Shown: positions 26,270 through 40,127, counted from the first letter of the stretch. The stretch: DNA of 64,000 nt from Octopus vulgaris (GCA_951406725.2 OX597823.1:103044001-103108000); one strand, 5' to 3'. The notes: generated by a model from the letters alone, not told the origin. Numbers and translations are program-made.

Positions 26270-27500
26270 ATCCCAAACATAATGTGTTTCTTTTATACTT
26301 TTATTTTTCAAAATTAAGATAGACAAAGTTATTTTTTAATCTAAAATATGCTCTCCTTCATTTTCTACAATGCTCTTCCAACTATCTGGTAGACTTGCAA
26401 GGCCCCTTTTCTAAAATTCACTTGTCTGTGATGAAAAATACTCCTCCAGTATTATTCTGACCTCATCTACAGAATTCATATTTTTTCTGTTCAAATGATT
26501 TTGAAGATTGCAGAATAAACGATAATCAGTTGGAACAATATCTGGCAAATATGGTGAGCAGAGCATCGTTTCCCATTCAAACTGCTTCAGCCTTTGAAAT
26601 GTCATCTTCGTTGTATGTGGCCAAGCATTATCCTCATGGAAGAACACCTTCCATCTTGAAACCAAAGATGGTTGTTTTTCTTCTAGCACTGACTTAAGCT
26701 GCTCACAGTAGATTTCCTTTGTTATTGTTTGGTTTAGGTTTAAAAGTTCAAAGTGGACTAAACCTTTCATATCCCACTAAACACCTTATGTGGGTGAAGA
26801 CCTTCTTTAGTCTGGGGTGTTAGTCTGTCTCCTTTCCCTACCCACAGCACATGACATTTTCATAGAGAACTCATTTCTTGTCACCAGTCACTATTCGATT
26901 CATTTGTGAGAAGTGACAGCAAAGAAGAGAACACATTCATTCTCTGCGTGCAATTGGACTCAGAAAGTTTGTGAGGAACCCATTGACCCAATTTGCTGAC
27001 TTTTCCAATGGTACACAGGTGTCAATGAATGGTTGAATGACCAAATCGAAGCTTCTCTGCTAGTTCCTCAACAGTTACAATGGGATTTTGTTTGACCAGG
27101 GTTTGCAGGACGTCCTCATCAAGCTCTACAAATCTTCCAGGATGAGGCTCATCTTCTAGGCTGTATTTTCCGGAACCATCGTTGACACTGGCTTTTGCCT
27201 ATTGTCCAACCCCAATATTCTGCATTAATATTCCTCACACTTTTTGTTGCATTGTTGCCTTTATTGAAATCATAAAGCAAAATGTACCGAATATGCTCCT
27301 TTGTCACTTCCATTATAGTTTTGAAAACATAACTGTTAAAATAGAAGCACACTCTTCAAAACTTGCACCAAGAATAAGGACAAGGTAAAATTACTACCTG
27401 TTTTTACAGCAAGTCAATGCAGGTAGTTTATCCTATCTCACTCTGATTTTTAGTTCATGCAATTGAAAAAAACCCACATTATTTATGGGATGACCCAATA
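26270..27500 (-). mobile_element. Near full-length mariner transposon, pseudogenised
   Basis: MEVTKEHIRYILLYDFNKGNNATKS N-terminus, WVPH, IVTGD, HEDNAWPH, SPYLPDIVPTDYRLF motifs with frameshifts. TIR TTGGGTCATCCCATAAATAATGTG at the right end, degenerate copy at ~26270. Confidence 0.92.
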
Positions 27501-27599
27501 TATACTGGTACAACTGAATTGACATTCAAAAGTCTATTGTATAACTGCAAACATATATGCATATATACATATATATCTGGCACACTGCTGTACTCAAGA

Positions 27600-27801
27600 A
27601 GACCCATCTGCCACAGCAGAATTGATACTGGTGCTGGTGCCACATAAAGAGCATCCAGTACACTCTGTGGAGTGGTTGGCATTAGGAAGGGCATCCAGCC
27701 ATAGAAACCATACCAGAACAGACAATGTAGCTTGGTGCAGCTCCTGGCCTTACCTGCTCTGGTCAAACCATCCAGCCCGTGCCAGCATGTACAGGTATGT
27801 A

Positions 27802-27832
<31 letters not shown>

Positions 27833-28150
27833 CATCATCATCATCATTTAACGTCCGCTTTCCATGCTAGCATGGGTTGGACGATTTGACTGAGGTCTGG
27901 CGAACCAGACTCCAATCTGATCTGGCAGAGTTTCTACAGCTGGATGCCCTTCCTAACGCCAACCACTCAGAGAGTGTAGCGGGTGCTGTTATGTGCCAAT
28001 GGCACGAGGGCCAGTTTGGTGGTACTGGCAATGGCCACACCCAAATGGTGCTTTTTATGTGCCACCTGCACGAGCCAGTCCAGCGGCACTGGTGACTACC
28101 TCACACAAGTGCTAGTAAGGTGACACGGTAATGATCATGCTCGAATGGTG
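27600..28150. mobile_element. Tail-to-tail inverted pair of family G SINEs around (TG)n
   Basis: Plus copy ~27620-27790, minus copy ~27833-28150. Confidence 0.8.
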
Positions 28151-28756
28151 TATAAAGTTACCATTGCTTAAATATGTTACTGCTTTGAAACTTTATGTAT
28201 GGAGTTATCATTGCTCAAATATGTGGGATATCTTTATTCTCCTAATGCTGAAATATCAAAGAAATATAAGATAAAACTTCAAATTTCATTCTGCATTGTT
28301 TCAGCCTCAACAAGTTTTTATCTAATTTAATATCATATAATGCTTCCCCCAATCTACTCTAATCTAATATACATAATATACTTAAAGGCGGTGCTCCAGC
28401 ATGGCCGCAGTCAAATGATTGAAAAGAGTAAAAGCGTATATGTGTGTGTGCGTGTGTCTGTCACAATCAACACTTACACTCTCTGAACCAGGATGGGATT
28501 AATGGAGCCTGGTACTTATTCTATGCATACAATTCCTTTGTTTTGTTCAAACTGTTACTGCTTTGAAACAAAATTATTAATTCTTTTTGCTCAAACAAAA
28601 GTCATGAACTATAAAAAGTATATAACCTTGTTTAGTGGTTCCATCATCATTTGGCTGCTTCTCACTTAATCAAAGAGGTGTTTTCTGTTTGTCATAGAAG
28701 AGTAGACTTACCACCAAACCTTTCCTGGGTAGGATCAACCTAAGTAGCAGTTTCTC

Positions 28757-29045
28757 AATAATCATCATCATCATTTAACATCTGCTCTCCATGCTGGCAT
28801 GGGTTGGATGGTTTGGCATGGAGCTGGCTATCCAGACTCCAAATGTCTGTTGTGGCATGGTTTCTATGGCTGGATGCCCTTCCTAATGCCAGCCACATAA
28901 CAGAGTGTGCCAGATGCTTTTTACATGCCACCAGCATGGGTGTGTTAACACAGCACCAGTGCGGGTGCTTTTTAAGTGGCACTGGCCCTTGAAAGGACAA
29001 GCCTGTATGTGTTGTAGACAGTGATTTTACTTGGTTTGACATGTC
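28757..29045 (-). mobile_element. SINE family G
   Basis: (CAT)n tail and GGATGCCCTTCCTAA core. Confidence 0.8.
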
Positions 29046-29059
29046 TGGACAACAAAAAC

Positions 29060-29790
29060 AACAATGGTTAGTATCCAATGAAAAATGACTACACCCATAG
29101 AAACTTATGCTTTGTGTTTGGTGGGACTATGTCACTGTGTTAAAAACATTTAATCGGAGATGCCAGCACCACCCGATTGGCATCTGTGTCGGTGACACGT
29201 AAAAGCACCAACCGATCATGGTTGTTTGCCAGTCTCCCCTGGCACCTGTGCCAGTGGCACGTAAAAAGCACCCACTACATTCAGGGAATGGTTGGCGTTA
29301 GGAAAGGCATCCAGCTGTAGAAACGCTGCCAGATCAGACTGGGCCTGGTGCAGCCTTCTGGCTTCCCAGACCCTGGTTGAACCGTTCAACCCATGCTAGC
29401 ATGGAAAACGGATGATGATGATGATGAAGTATTGTCATCAAATGGAAACATTGCACAAAAATTTGCAGAAAATGCATTCATCATAAGTCAGTCATAAAGG
29501 AGTGTCACTCTTACATAATGCAAGATTATATATTGCCCAAATCATTCAGGAAAAGATTACGGCACTAAATATGGGAAGTTTTGCCTTGTCTCCTTACGTT
29601 CCTGACCTTGCTCCAGCTGAGTTCCATCTTTTCAGCTCACTGCAGCATTATTTACAGGAAAACACTTTGTTAATTGTGAAGAGGTTAAAGATGGTATTTG
29701 AGTGCTTCTATGCTTCAAAACAATCTACCAAACAGATGGGATAATGTTATCAATAATGAAAGGGAATATTATCCTGATTGAATATATCAA
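29060..29790 (+). mobile_element. Mariner transposase fragment interrupted by a family G SINE (29160-29427)
   Basis: LHP*KLMLCVWWD, YCHQME, LLHNAR and SPYVPDLAPAEFHLFSSLQHYL motifs. Confidence 0.85.
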
Positions 29791-32358
29791 TAAAGACCAA
29801 AGCAGCATTTGTTTCTTCCCCCATCTTGAACTGAAAACAAGATTTTTTTTCAAACTTAATATAAAACCACTTTCAATCAATATAAGAAATATATGATTAG
29901 TCTAATTACAAATTGAGGGGTTGGAATCAGTTAAAACTTTTGTACTCTGGCTCTACAACTCTGCAGAGTGCAGCAGATAGAATCTGAGTGTTTGAGCGTG
30001 AATGTACATGCAGTGACAGGGACTGTGTGGATTAAAGCAAGACAGCAACAAATTGTCTCTCATATGTCCAGTGATCTTTCAGTTTTAGTAGATTTGTTGT
30101 TGTTGTTTAGCACCAGGTCAACCCTGGTTGAGCAGAACAATGGACAAAGACATTCCAGTATTTTTCCATTTTTTTTTACCCCCTGTGCATAATGCATACA
30201 AGATTTACATTACTCACATTGTTCCATTTCACAGTCAGTAATTATAGATTTCAGATGAGATTTGTTTGATTCAAAAATAAATTGAAGCCTAATTAATTTA
30301 AATTCCAATTTTAGTTAAACATGAACACCTGAGAAATTTATAAAATATTGGTTTCAGATTTTGGTACAAGGCCAGCAATTGTGGAAAGTCAATTACATTA
30401 ACCCCATTGCTCAACTGGTACTTATTTTACCGACTTCAAAAGAATGAAAGGTGGAATTTGAACTTAGAAAATAAAAACAGACAAAGTGCCACTAAGCATT
30501 TTGCCCGACGTGATAACGATTCTACCAGCTTGCCATCTTAGAAATTTTAAAAATATTATAAAGGAGAATAGAAGTAAGATGTATTCAATGGAATTAGAGA
30601 AAATAAGAATAAAACAAAATGTATAATTCTTAATATACATATCTATGCCTCTCTTTCATTAAATTATTAATTGATTGAGAACTTCATTGTTAAGAAAAAG
30701 TTTCTTTCTTCATACAAAAGGTAGACAAATTAGTAGAGTTGTTAAAGTGTCAGATTAACTTTCTCACAATATTTATCCTGACTCTCAGTGCTCTGGGTTC
30801 AAATCCAGCCGAGGTCAACTTTGCTTTCATCTCTTCAGGTATTAACAAAACTGTAAAAATGTTGAACTAGAGGACTGGAGGTATTTGTTTCTATTCTTTG
30901 CATTCTGAGTTCAAATCCTGCTATAGCCTGCTTATGTAGTAGACTTAACCTGTTGCTTGGTTTAACACCACCACCTGACACTGTGAGTGCCTTTAGCAGA
31001 GTTCACTCTGTTGCAAGCAGTTGGGCCAGGCCTCTAGCTTGTGGATACCTTCCTTCCTCCAATCATGGAAGTGCTGTGAAGGGTCTTCAGCACTACCTTC
31101 CCTCCTGACTAAAAGATATAAGAGAAAATACTGAAATATATGTAAGAAGTGTGATGCTGTTAATACAATGAAATATGGGCGACCAATAGAGATGTGATTT
31201 AGTGGGGAGGAATGTGTCATATATAGGTTATTGATGAGCAAGTTTAACTTATGAGAAAGCTGAAAACAATTGAGAATGTAAGTAACCATTAAAATCTTTT
31301 GCTGATGTATGAATGAAAGATGACTGAACTGGTACTGCTATGTGAATACAATATTTCTGAAAGTTTACAATGGAAAACAGCTGATAAAGACAGTTATGAA
31401 AAGAAATAATAAAGTCACAGCTGAGAAGCTTGGGCTACACAGAAAAGATGAGATGGCACAGTATTCAGAACCACAAGAAAAGATACTGTTTTGAAGATTT
31501 GTTCAACTGCTCTCAACATGGAGAAATGAAAGCTTAAACAATGATAATGCTAATTATAGGCCAAAATAATTTTAGAAGAGTGTTGTTATTTTAACTGATA
31601 AAAATCTGTTTAAATTATTTTCTTCATCTTTCCCAATTTATTTATATACTACATTTTTATTTATCTATTCATTTTTGTATAACACAATTCCAAAGTGTAA
31701 TTCTATTCATCATAATCATTTTACATCTGCTTTCTATATTGCCATGGGTTGGACATGTCACAGTTCAAGTTAGGAGTTCTTTGGAATGACTGCCCTCCTA
31801 GATGGGTCAGGGACTGTATCTTGTTAGTACATTTATTTTTAGCACAGTTTCTATGGCTGGTTGACCTTCCTAACATCAACCACCTCAGAGTGTACTGGGT
31901 TTTATCATGGTACCAGTATTTTATTGTACATGCTGTCATTTTATTGTACACTAGAAAGATTGTTATGTCCTTGATAAGGCAAGACTAAAGGGTTCTCCTG
32001 CTCATATCTATCTCCATTTGCCAGCCACTTTATAGAGTGTAATTGATGCATTTTACCATGACACCAATACTAGGGAGGGTGACTTGCACCCTGCAAAACA
32101 AAAAGGCCTTCACTGTTTAGCATTATCTCTGTTCATTGAGAGCAATGTGACCAACAGAGTGAATAGAAGAGAGGATGATTACAGAGGATTAACTAGGATA
32201 AGAGGGGGGGGGAATATGATGGAGAAAACAGAAATGATGAAACCCATGTAAGAGAATCTAAACCTTCCAGAGCACATGGAATATATATACATGGCAACTA
32301 AAAAACAAACAAGGAGTAAAACACTAAAAATGCTTCACATACAAATAAAGATATACAC

Positions 32359-32391
<33 letters not shown>

Positions 32392-33639
32392 ATATATGTA
32401 CTTAATCCAGAAATGATAAGTTTAATAACATCCAAAAATGTTCTCAGCAATTTTCATGGTAATAAGATTAGAGATAATTATAATTCTCTCTTCAAATATA
32501 CCATCAATCTCATATCAATGATCACTGATACACATTTCAAATAGCTTATATAAATGCATTTCCTTGCACTAAATAAGTGCAGTGAATGCACTGACATTTT
32601 CGTATCTAATATAAATAGCATTTAGTGTTATGAATGACGATCATATAACCAGGCAAACTCTGAGTGGCATATGTGGAAAGAGATCCCTGTTAACATCTAT
32701 CATATTTCAAAGACCCTTATCTCTTCCTATCTACAGCAATGAGCTTTTCCACTCTCTCTACACTGATATCATTGTGTATTTTTTTTTTTTTAGTCACTAG
32801 ATGGTCCTGACCATCTAGAAACAAATAACTACCAAGCTTCAAACAGTTCTGAACTTCTGAAATTTAACTCTGTCAAAAGAACATTCATGGTAAAAAGGAA
32901 TGTCTCATAGTCCCTGTTTGATAAGCACCTACATTTTCAAAAAGCTTAAATTTTTTCTCTCCCAAGATACTTTAGGCCTTAAGTTAAAAAATCTGAATTT
33001 GTCTTACATTTTTACTTTTTCTTTTCATCTAAATATAAGAACATTTGCCTTTAATAAAAGCTGTCGCTAATTCTTAACTCACCAATATTCTGTGTGACTT
33101 ATATTATGCTCATCTAACATTATTACAACAGATTTTACTACTCTCCAATATTGCTTCCTTTAAATGCTACCAAACTGAATTCCTTGATCTTTTTTTCTGA
33201 ACAAGAAATAATGGTCTTGATGTTAAGGTATTAGATCACAGTTATAAGTTCAGATCTTGCTGTATTATGACTGAGTAAAGTTCTGCACTGAAAACAAGAG
33301 CTGTACACCTGACCACATGGTTAGAAGTTCAAATCTTATTACAAGTACCTTACTGATCGTTTACATTTGCCTAACCTAGCAGAAATGGATCTATTCCTCA
33401 TCGTTTTTACAATTATTTATTTTCTATGCTGGAATGGAGAAGTTAAAACTTTATTAAGACAATATACTATGGCTGGATGTTCTTCCTGTCACCAACCTTT
33501 ACCTGCTTTTCATGCGAGGGGTTTCTCTTTTGTTTTCATTTGCCTTGTCTTCACACATTAAAACTAACAAGCTACAGAACAGATAGTTTACAGAAGTGAA
33601 CATGACATTCAGACACACACGCACACCCAGATACAAATC

Positions 33640-34050
33640 TGCATGGCTGTGTGGTAAGAACTTTGCTTCCCAACCACATGGTTCTGGGTTCAGTCTCACA
33701 GCATGGCACCTTAGGCAAGTGTCTTCTACTATAGCCTTGGACCAACCAAAGCCTTGTGAGTGGGTTTGGTAGACGGAAACTGATAAAAGCCCATGTTGTG
33801 TGTGTGTGTGTGTGTGTGTGTGTATTTATGTGTCTGTGTCTGTGTTTGTCCCCCGCACCATCGCTTGACATCTGATAGTGATGTGTTTACATTCCTGTAA
33901 GTTAGCAGTTCAGCGAAAGAGACCGATAGAATAAGTACTAGGCTTACAAAGAGTAAGTCTTGGGGTCAATTTCTTAGACTAAAAACCCTGTGAGGTGGTG
34001 CTCCAGCATGGCCACAGTCAAATGATTGACACAAGTAAAAGAATAAAAGA
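33640..34050 (+). mobile_element. SINE family C, full length
   Basis: Matches 56826-57205; internal (TG)n. Confidence 0.88.
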
Positions 34051-34189
34051 ATATACCCATCATCATCGTTTAATGTCTGTTTTCAATGCTGGCATGGGTC
34101 AGATGATTCAGCAAGAACTGACAAGCCAGAGGACTACACCGATCTCCAATATATATCTGCTTTGGCATGGTTTTACAGCTGGATAGTCT

Positions 34190-34465
34190 TGTCTTGAGAC
34201 AGCATTCACCTGGGGTGGGTTGAGCTGGCTTCATTCATCCTCAATGCTGCATCTCTCACAAACGTCAACCAGGCCTGGCGATTTGAGGCTAACGACTGCG
34301 TGATCTCCAACCATTCCTTATTCCAGCGGCGAACACCATAGATATGGGGGCCTAGGTTGGGTTCCAGATCAGCCTTGACTGTCATCAGCCAGGTTTTTTT
34401 GTTGTTCACTACATCGCTTTCGTTAACCCTGAAGGGGAGCTGGGGCAATTGCTTAATAGATGAAT
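34190..34465 (-). mobile_element. RTE-clade LINE 3' fragment inserted in a family G SINE
   Basis: KKTWLMTVKADLEP...GVRRWNKEWL..LASNRQAW..VRD; imperfect TSD ATAGTCTT/ATAGCCTT. Confidence 0.75.
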
Positions 34466-36397
34466 AGCCTTCTTAAATACCAACCACTTAACGGAGTGTA
34501 CTTGGTGCCTTTTTTGCGGCGGCAGCACTAGTGAGGTCACCAAGTAATCATAAGTCAAAACCCTTCAACTGAGTGGAGTATAGTATTGAAACGTGTGAAA
34601 GTATGATAAAGTAACAGGAACAGGTGAGGATGTACCCTCAAATTACTGGGTGAATATAAGACAAAGAATAGGGATAGAGGAACAGAAAGGTTATATAAAA
34701 AAAGGATTCTATACATTTTCCTTCACAAAACATTGGTTGGTCTGAGGCTATAGAAGTCATTTACCCAACATGACTTGCAGTGGGATGAACCCGTTACTAT
34801 ATGGTTACAAAGTGAATGCCATTACAACACAGCTTCATCTAAGCCCATTCCTATTTCACAAATGAACATACAGCAGTAGAAAGGGCAACCAACAGTAAAG
34901 GCCAAAACTATTGTTTCAACAAATAAACCATCCCACCCATATAAACATGGCAATATAAAAATAACTTTTGCTATTCATAGTATACACACTAACCCTTTGT
35001 TAAAATCTTTCCCCCCTACACCTGCATCAAGCTAGTTTAAATTTACTGAACACTCTAGTTCCATGGAAACCTCAGCACATTCCTTGGTTTCATCCATTAT
35101 CGTCACACCACCAAATTAAACAGAAACGCATATACTTCAGTGGAGGAGGCCTTTATGTGGTCAGTCGATCTGCTAGAAATAGCAGCCAAATCTCCATGTT
35201 ACACTCTGACATCTTAACACAAGATACACTGTAAAGTGTAACAAGGGATTTCAACCAGAACTAATTTGAAGCTCAACAACAAAATCAAAGAGCAGACATA
35301 GATAAGAACTTGAGACAGTTGAATACCAATCCTTAGGTTTCCTCCTCCATGGGGACACACAGCACTTCCCTAGAGATGGGGAAGCAGAAACAGCACCAAT
35401 ACAAATGCATTCAGCTGTGAAGGGCTGTATGTCTTATAATACAACATAACATTGATACTTTATAGGATAGCAAGAAATAAAATCACTTGTTGGCTTTTGT
35501 CTCATAGTTTGCACTACTAGTGTTCAAGTACAAATATACATACACAAACCATTTTATATAAACTAAACTTACCAGCTAATAAGACATGCTTTTTTATATT
35601 TCTAGATGTATGCAAAAATTGCCCTCTGTCTACTGCAACTGTACAATAGATGGGAGATGGAACACCATGGACTAGGGAGCCAGCTAAGCATAAGTCCACT
35701 AGGCACAATACTTGTTACTAATAATAAAAATGTTGAAAGCAGGCCAAATTATCTACAATTTGTCTACAGTGGTTTGGTAGTTATGCTGGAAGGTCACACC
35801 ATTTCATTATACTTCCTTCCTCAGCATAAATAACTCACACCTGATATGTCTTATGTTATTTGATAAGTGTCTTACATTTAAGTAACATTTTGTAATCATC
35901 TATATGAAAAATTCTCCCAGAAAGATGAAAAACATGATAAACTTTGATCTGCCTATCAGTTATTTGCAAAGTATCACCATCATTTAATGTCCATTTTCCA
36001 TGCTAGCATGGGTTAGACAGTTTGACGAGAGCTGGTGAGCCAGAGAGGTGCACCAGGCTCCAGTCTGTTTTAGCTTGGTTCCTTCCTAACATATGGCTGA
36101 CAATAAAACCATAGCAGTGGTGCACCGATTTGATGGTCAATCTTGCTAACAGAAAACATACTAGCTCAAAAAGAAGAGTTTTACATCCTGGATAGCAATT
36201 CTCTTGACCAAAATATAAACAATTATAAAGTTGATCTGAAGGAAGATGCAGCTGAAATACAATATTCCTATAACGTACTTTATTTATGATAAACGTATAG
36301 TTTCATACTTTATTCCAGTGTACTGTCGCAATGTTATGTTTACATGCACAGAATTATACATTTTCCATACAAAACTACTTTAAAAATTTTTTCAATA

Positions 36398-36805
36398 TCA
36401 TCATCATCGTCATTTAACGTCTACTTTCCATGCTAGCATGGGTTGGACGATTTGACTGAGGGCTGGTGAACCAGACTCCAATCTGATCTGGCAGAGTTTC
36501 TACAGCTGGATGCCCTTCCTAACGCCAACAACTCTGAGAGTGTAGCAGGTGCCTTTACGTGCCACCAGCACGAGGGCCAGTATGGTGGTACTGGCAATGG
36601 CCACGCCCAAATGGTGCTTTTTACGTGCCACCTGCACAGGAGCCAGTCCAGCGGCACTGGCGATGACCTCGCTCAAATGTTTCACATGCCATCAGCACAA
36701 GTGCTAGTAAGGCAACGCGGTAACGATCACGCTCGAATGGTGTGCTTAACGTGCCATTGGCACGAAGGCCAGCTTGTTGCTTTGGCAACGATCTCACTCG
36801 TATGG
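36398..36805 (-). mobile_element. SINE family G, long form
   Basis: (CAT)n tail, core, and about 4 internal repeat units. Confidence 0.88.
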
Positions 36806-38204
36806 TATTCTTGTGTTTGAGAAAACACAGCAAATTTGTTTTTTTTTCCACAGAATATATTTGTAAAATAGGGGAGTGTCTTCTGTGAGAGTGCATCTTA
36901 TACACCAACAAATGCAGTATATATTATGAAAAAAAAAACAAGTTAAAATGTACATATGTTGTAACTTGGTCCTAAACTAGATAGCCATTATTATGATAAA
37001 GCTTACAGTATGAAGCATTTTGTTAGATATATCTTGCCCTTTGAAGGTCATTTACTAAGCTTTCAGAAGAGAAAAATTTATGCAGATATGTTGTGCTTGT
37101 GTTTAGTTTTACATGAGCTGCTTTATTTTCTACTAGTTAAGCTAAGGAGGGACAGTGTCCGTAACCTTTGAAACATCCTCCTCTCCCATATACAAGGACA
37201 TAGAGATAACTGGGTGAGCGTAAAGTTAATAATGGTTAAATTGAATCATTAACTGGTTTAAGGCAGTTACAGAAGACTGTGAAAAAATACTTGATATAGG
37301 ATGTAGAGAAAGAAGAGAGAGAGAGAAAATAAAAGTTATAGGAAGATTAGTAATAGACATTTTGTAGGTGGTAAAATGTTGGCAAGTTCAAGAGAAAAAA
37401 AAATGGAACTGAGTGAGAAGGCACACATCGAAAGAGTAGGTTGGTGGTTGTAGAATATTAGTGAATAAAGCTTTGCTTATCAGGTGAAGGACTTTTATTT
37501 TGATGAAGTTTTTCTTTGGCTTAACTGTTTACTACACACTTTTCCAGTAAAAGAGACCTCCCCAGTCATGTTTATTTATTATAACAAGAGTCCCAACATA
37601 GTGTGATGTTTGTAAAGTGCACTGGTCTCAACCTCCTTCAATTCATTATAGATTTTAAGACTGTAATACAGGAGTTCAATGCTGTTTACAATTGTAAACT
37701 TTTTCATGCTGAAAACTTGGTTCATATAGCAGCATCTGTTGAAAGGTTACAGAAAGTTATGAATTCAAAAAAATGTTCTACAGTCCAATGTTGTTCAAGT
37801 ATAAGATGTTGGTTATTGACAGAAATTTTTAATTTTGTAGTTTATTTTCATGCTTATATGGAATTTAGCTTCTATCTTTTACTTGTTTCAGACATTGGAC
37901 CGCAACCAGGATGATGCACAGCATTGAAGGGTTTAAGTCAAACAAATTGACCCCAGTATTTTTTTTAAGCTTGGTCAAACAGGGTTAACAGTAGAAGACA
38001 CTTGCAGTGGAACTGAACTTAGAACCTTGTGGTTGGAAAGTAAATGTCTTACCCCACAGGTACACCTGTGCCTACCTGGGAATTTATAATTTTTTTAAAA
38101 ATTAAGTTAAAGGCTATATAATGGAAAATAGCTAATAATTTGGATATAAAACAATTTATGGTAACAAAAAAAATTATTCGTCAAGTTAAGTGTGACATCA
38201 AGCA

Positions 38205-38378
38205 TAGACATGAGACCAAGAATAGCCATGCCAAGTGGAGCACCTAGAATTGCAACACTACATGTAGCACATAGAATATCATACAAAGTGTGGCACATAG
38301 AACTGCCATACCAAGCATGGCTCCTAGACTAGCTGTACCAAGTGTGGTACTAATTATGGCCACACCAAGTGTAGTATT
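38205..38378. repeat. Degenerate ~27-bp minisatellite (GCCATACCAAGTGTGGCACATAGAA-like)
   Basis: About six imperfect units; adjoined by a family N SINE, with further units after 38617. Confidence 0.65.
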
Positions 38379-38382
38379 CAAA

Positions 38383-38615
38383 CCTATTTCTTTACTACTC
38401 ACAAGAGGCTAAACACAGAGAGGACAAACAAGGACAGACAAACGGATTAAGTCGATTATATCGACCCCAGTGCGTAACTGGTACTTATTTAATTGACCCC
38501 GAAAGAATGAAAGGCAAAGTTGACCTCGGCAGAATTTGAACTCAGAACATAGCAGCAGACAAAATACCGCTAAGCATTTTGCCCGGCGTGCTAATGACTC
38601 TGCCAGCTTGCCACC
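38383..38615 (-). mobile_element. SINE family N, full length
   Basis: Close match to 2982-3215. Confidence 0.9.
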
Positions 38616-39254
38616 TTGTAGAATCCAAACCTGCCATATCATAGAATGGCTGTGACTAAAATAGAACCTAGAACAAATAAAAATAATATATCATCACCAT
38701 CATTTTAATTTCCTTGGACAAGTGTCTTCTGCTATAGCCCCAGGCCAACAAAAGCCTTGTGAGTGGATTCGGTGGATGGAAACTGCTAGAAGCACATCAT
38801 GTATGCGTATGTGTGTTTGTGTGTATTACTGTCTCCTTGCCTTTTTGTATGTTTGCATGGATCACATGAAATTTATCGAGGAAGATTTTCAATGGCCAGA
38901 TATCATTTCTTTCACCAAGTCTCACCTGTTTCCAAGTAAGATAATATTTCCCTTGGGTCTTCCAAGTCAAAAAGCTGGGGAGCTGCACCAGGTTCCAATC
39001 TGAGCTGGCAAGGTTTCTATGGCTGGATGCCCTTCCTAATGCAACCACTCCAAGAGTGTAAAGGGTGCTTTTTATGTGCCACTGGCATGGGTGCCAGTTA
39101 TGTAACACCAACATTGGCATATTGCCAAAGGTCTCGGTCACTTGTCACTGCCTCCATGAGGCCCAATGTTCGAAGGGTGCCAGCTATGCAACATTGGCAT
39201 CGGCCACAACTACAATATCACTTGGGTTGATGGGTCTTCTCAAGCAAGGCATAT

Positions 39255-39640
39255 GGGCTTCTTTCAGTTTCTCTCTGTTAAATCCACTCTCAAATCTTTG
39301 GTTGGCTTCAGGTTATACTAGAAGACACTTGCCCAAGGTACCATGTAATGGGACTGAACCTGAAACCATGTGATTAGAAAGCAAACTTTTTAGCCACACA
39401 GCCATGCTGGATGGGTAACAGTAATACAACAGGTGAAGGAGGTATATAGTTAGCAGAAAAATAGTTAAAGTAATTTAGGAACAGGCATTGCTGTGATAAG
39501 AAGTTTGCTTCCTAACCACAGAATCCTGGGTTCAATCCGACAGTGTGGTATTTTGGGCAAGTGTCTTCTGCTATAGCCCCAGGCCAACCAAAGCTTCATG
39601 AGTGGATTTGATAGGATGGAAACTGAAAAAAGATTGCCGT
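39255..39640. mobile_element. Head-to-head inverted pair of family C SINE 5' halves
   Basis: Minus copy ~39255-39408, plus copy ~39482-39640. Confidence 0.8.
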
Positions 39641-39938
39641 ATATGTGTGTGTGTGTGTCATTATGTCCTTGCTTTGACATAGTGTGATAACTGTAAATGA
39701 ATGTCCATCATGCAAGTGGTGTCCTTCGCTCCCACTATTCCATAAAAACATATCTGGTTATGGGGCAATATTACCTTACTCGGAAATAAGTGAGGGTTGG
39801 TAACAGGAAGAGCATCCAGCTGCAGAAAAATCCACCTCAATAAAATTCTGCCTGACCTATGCAAGCATGGGAAAATGGACATAAAACAATGATGATAATG
39901 ATAATCAAGGCAGTGAGGATGTATGATAGAATAATTAA

Positions 39939-40127
39939 CCTTTTAGCATACAAACTGGCCCAATTATTCTACCTGTTTTATGTTCAAACCAGCCAGATCC
40001 AGCCTCTAACAGCTATCCTACAATGCTTAATAATATCCTATCCTAACACCAGCTTAATGATAAAGTTATTTCACTAAATTATTGAAGCAAAAGACACATA
40101 TTTCAAAGAAACATGCTAATGAAAGGG
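39939..40127. mobile_element. Chimeric piggyBac-type MITE
   Basis: TTAA|CCTTTTAGCAT (family A left end) joined to ...AATGAAAGGG|TTAA (right end shared with ~10740-10850 and ~23900-24035). Confidence 0.65.

Noticed and set aside
38205-38378. Regularly spaced ~27-bp repeats resembling a CRISPR array
   Set aside because: Degenerate tandem units without unique spacers, in a eukaryotic intron, with no cas genes.
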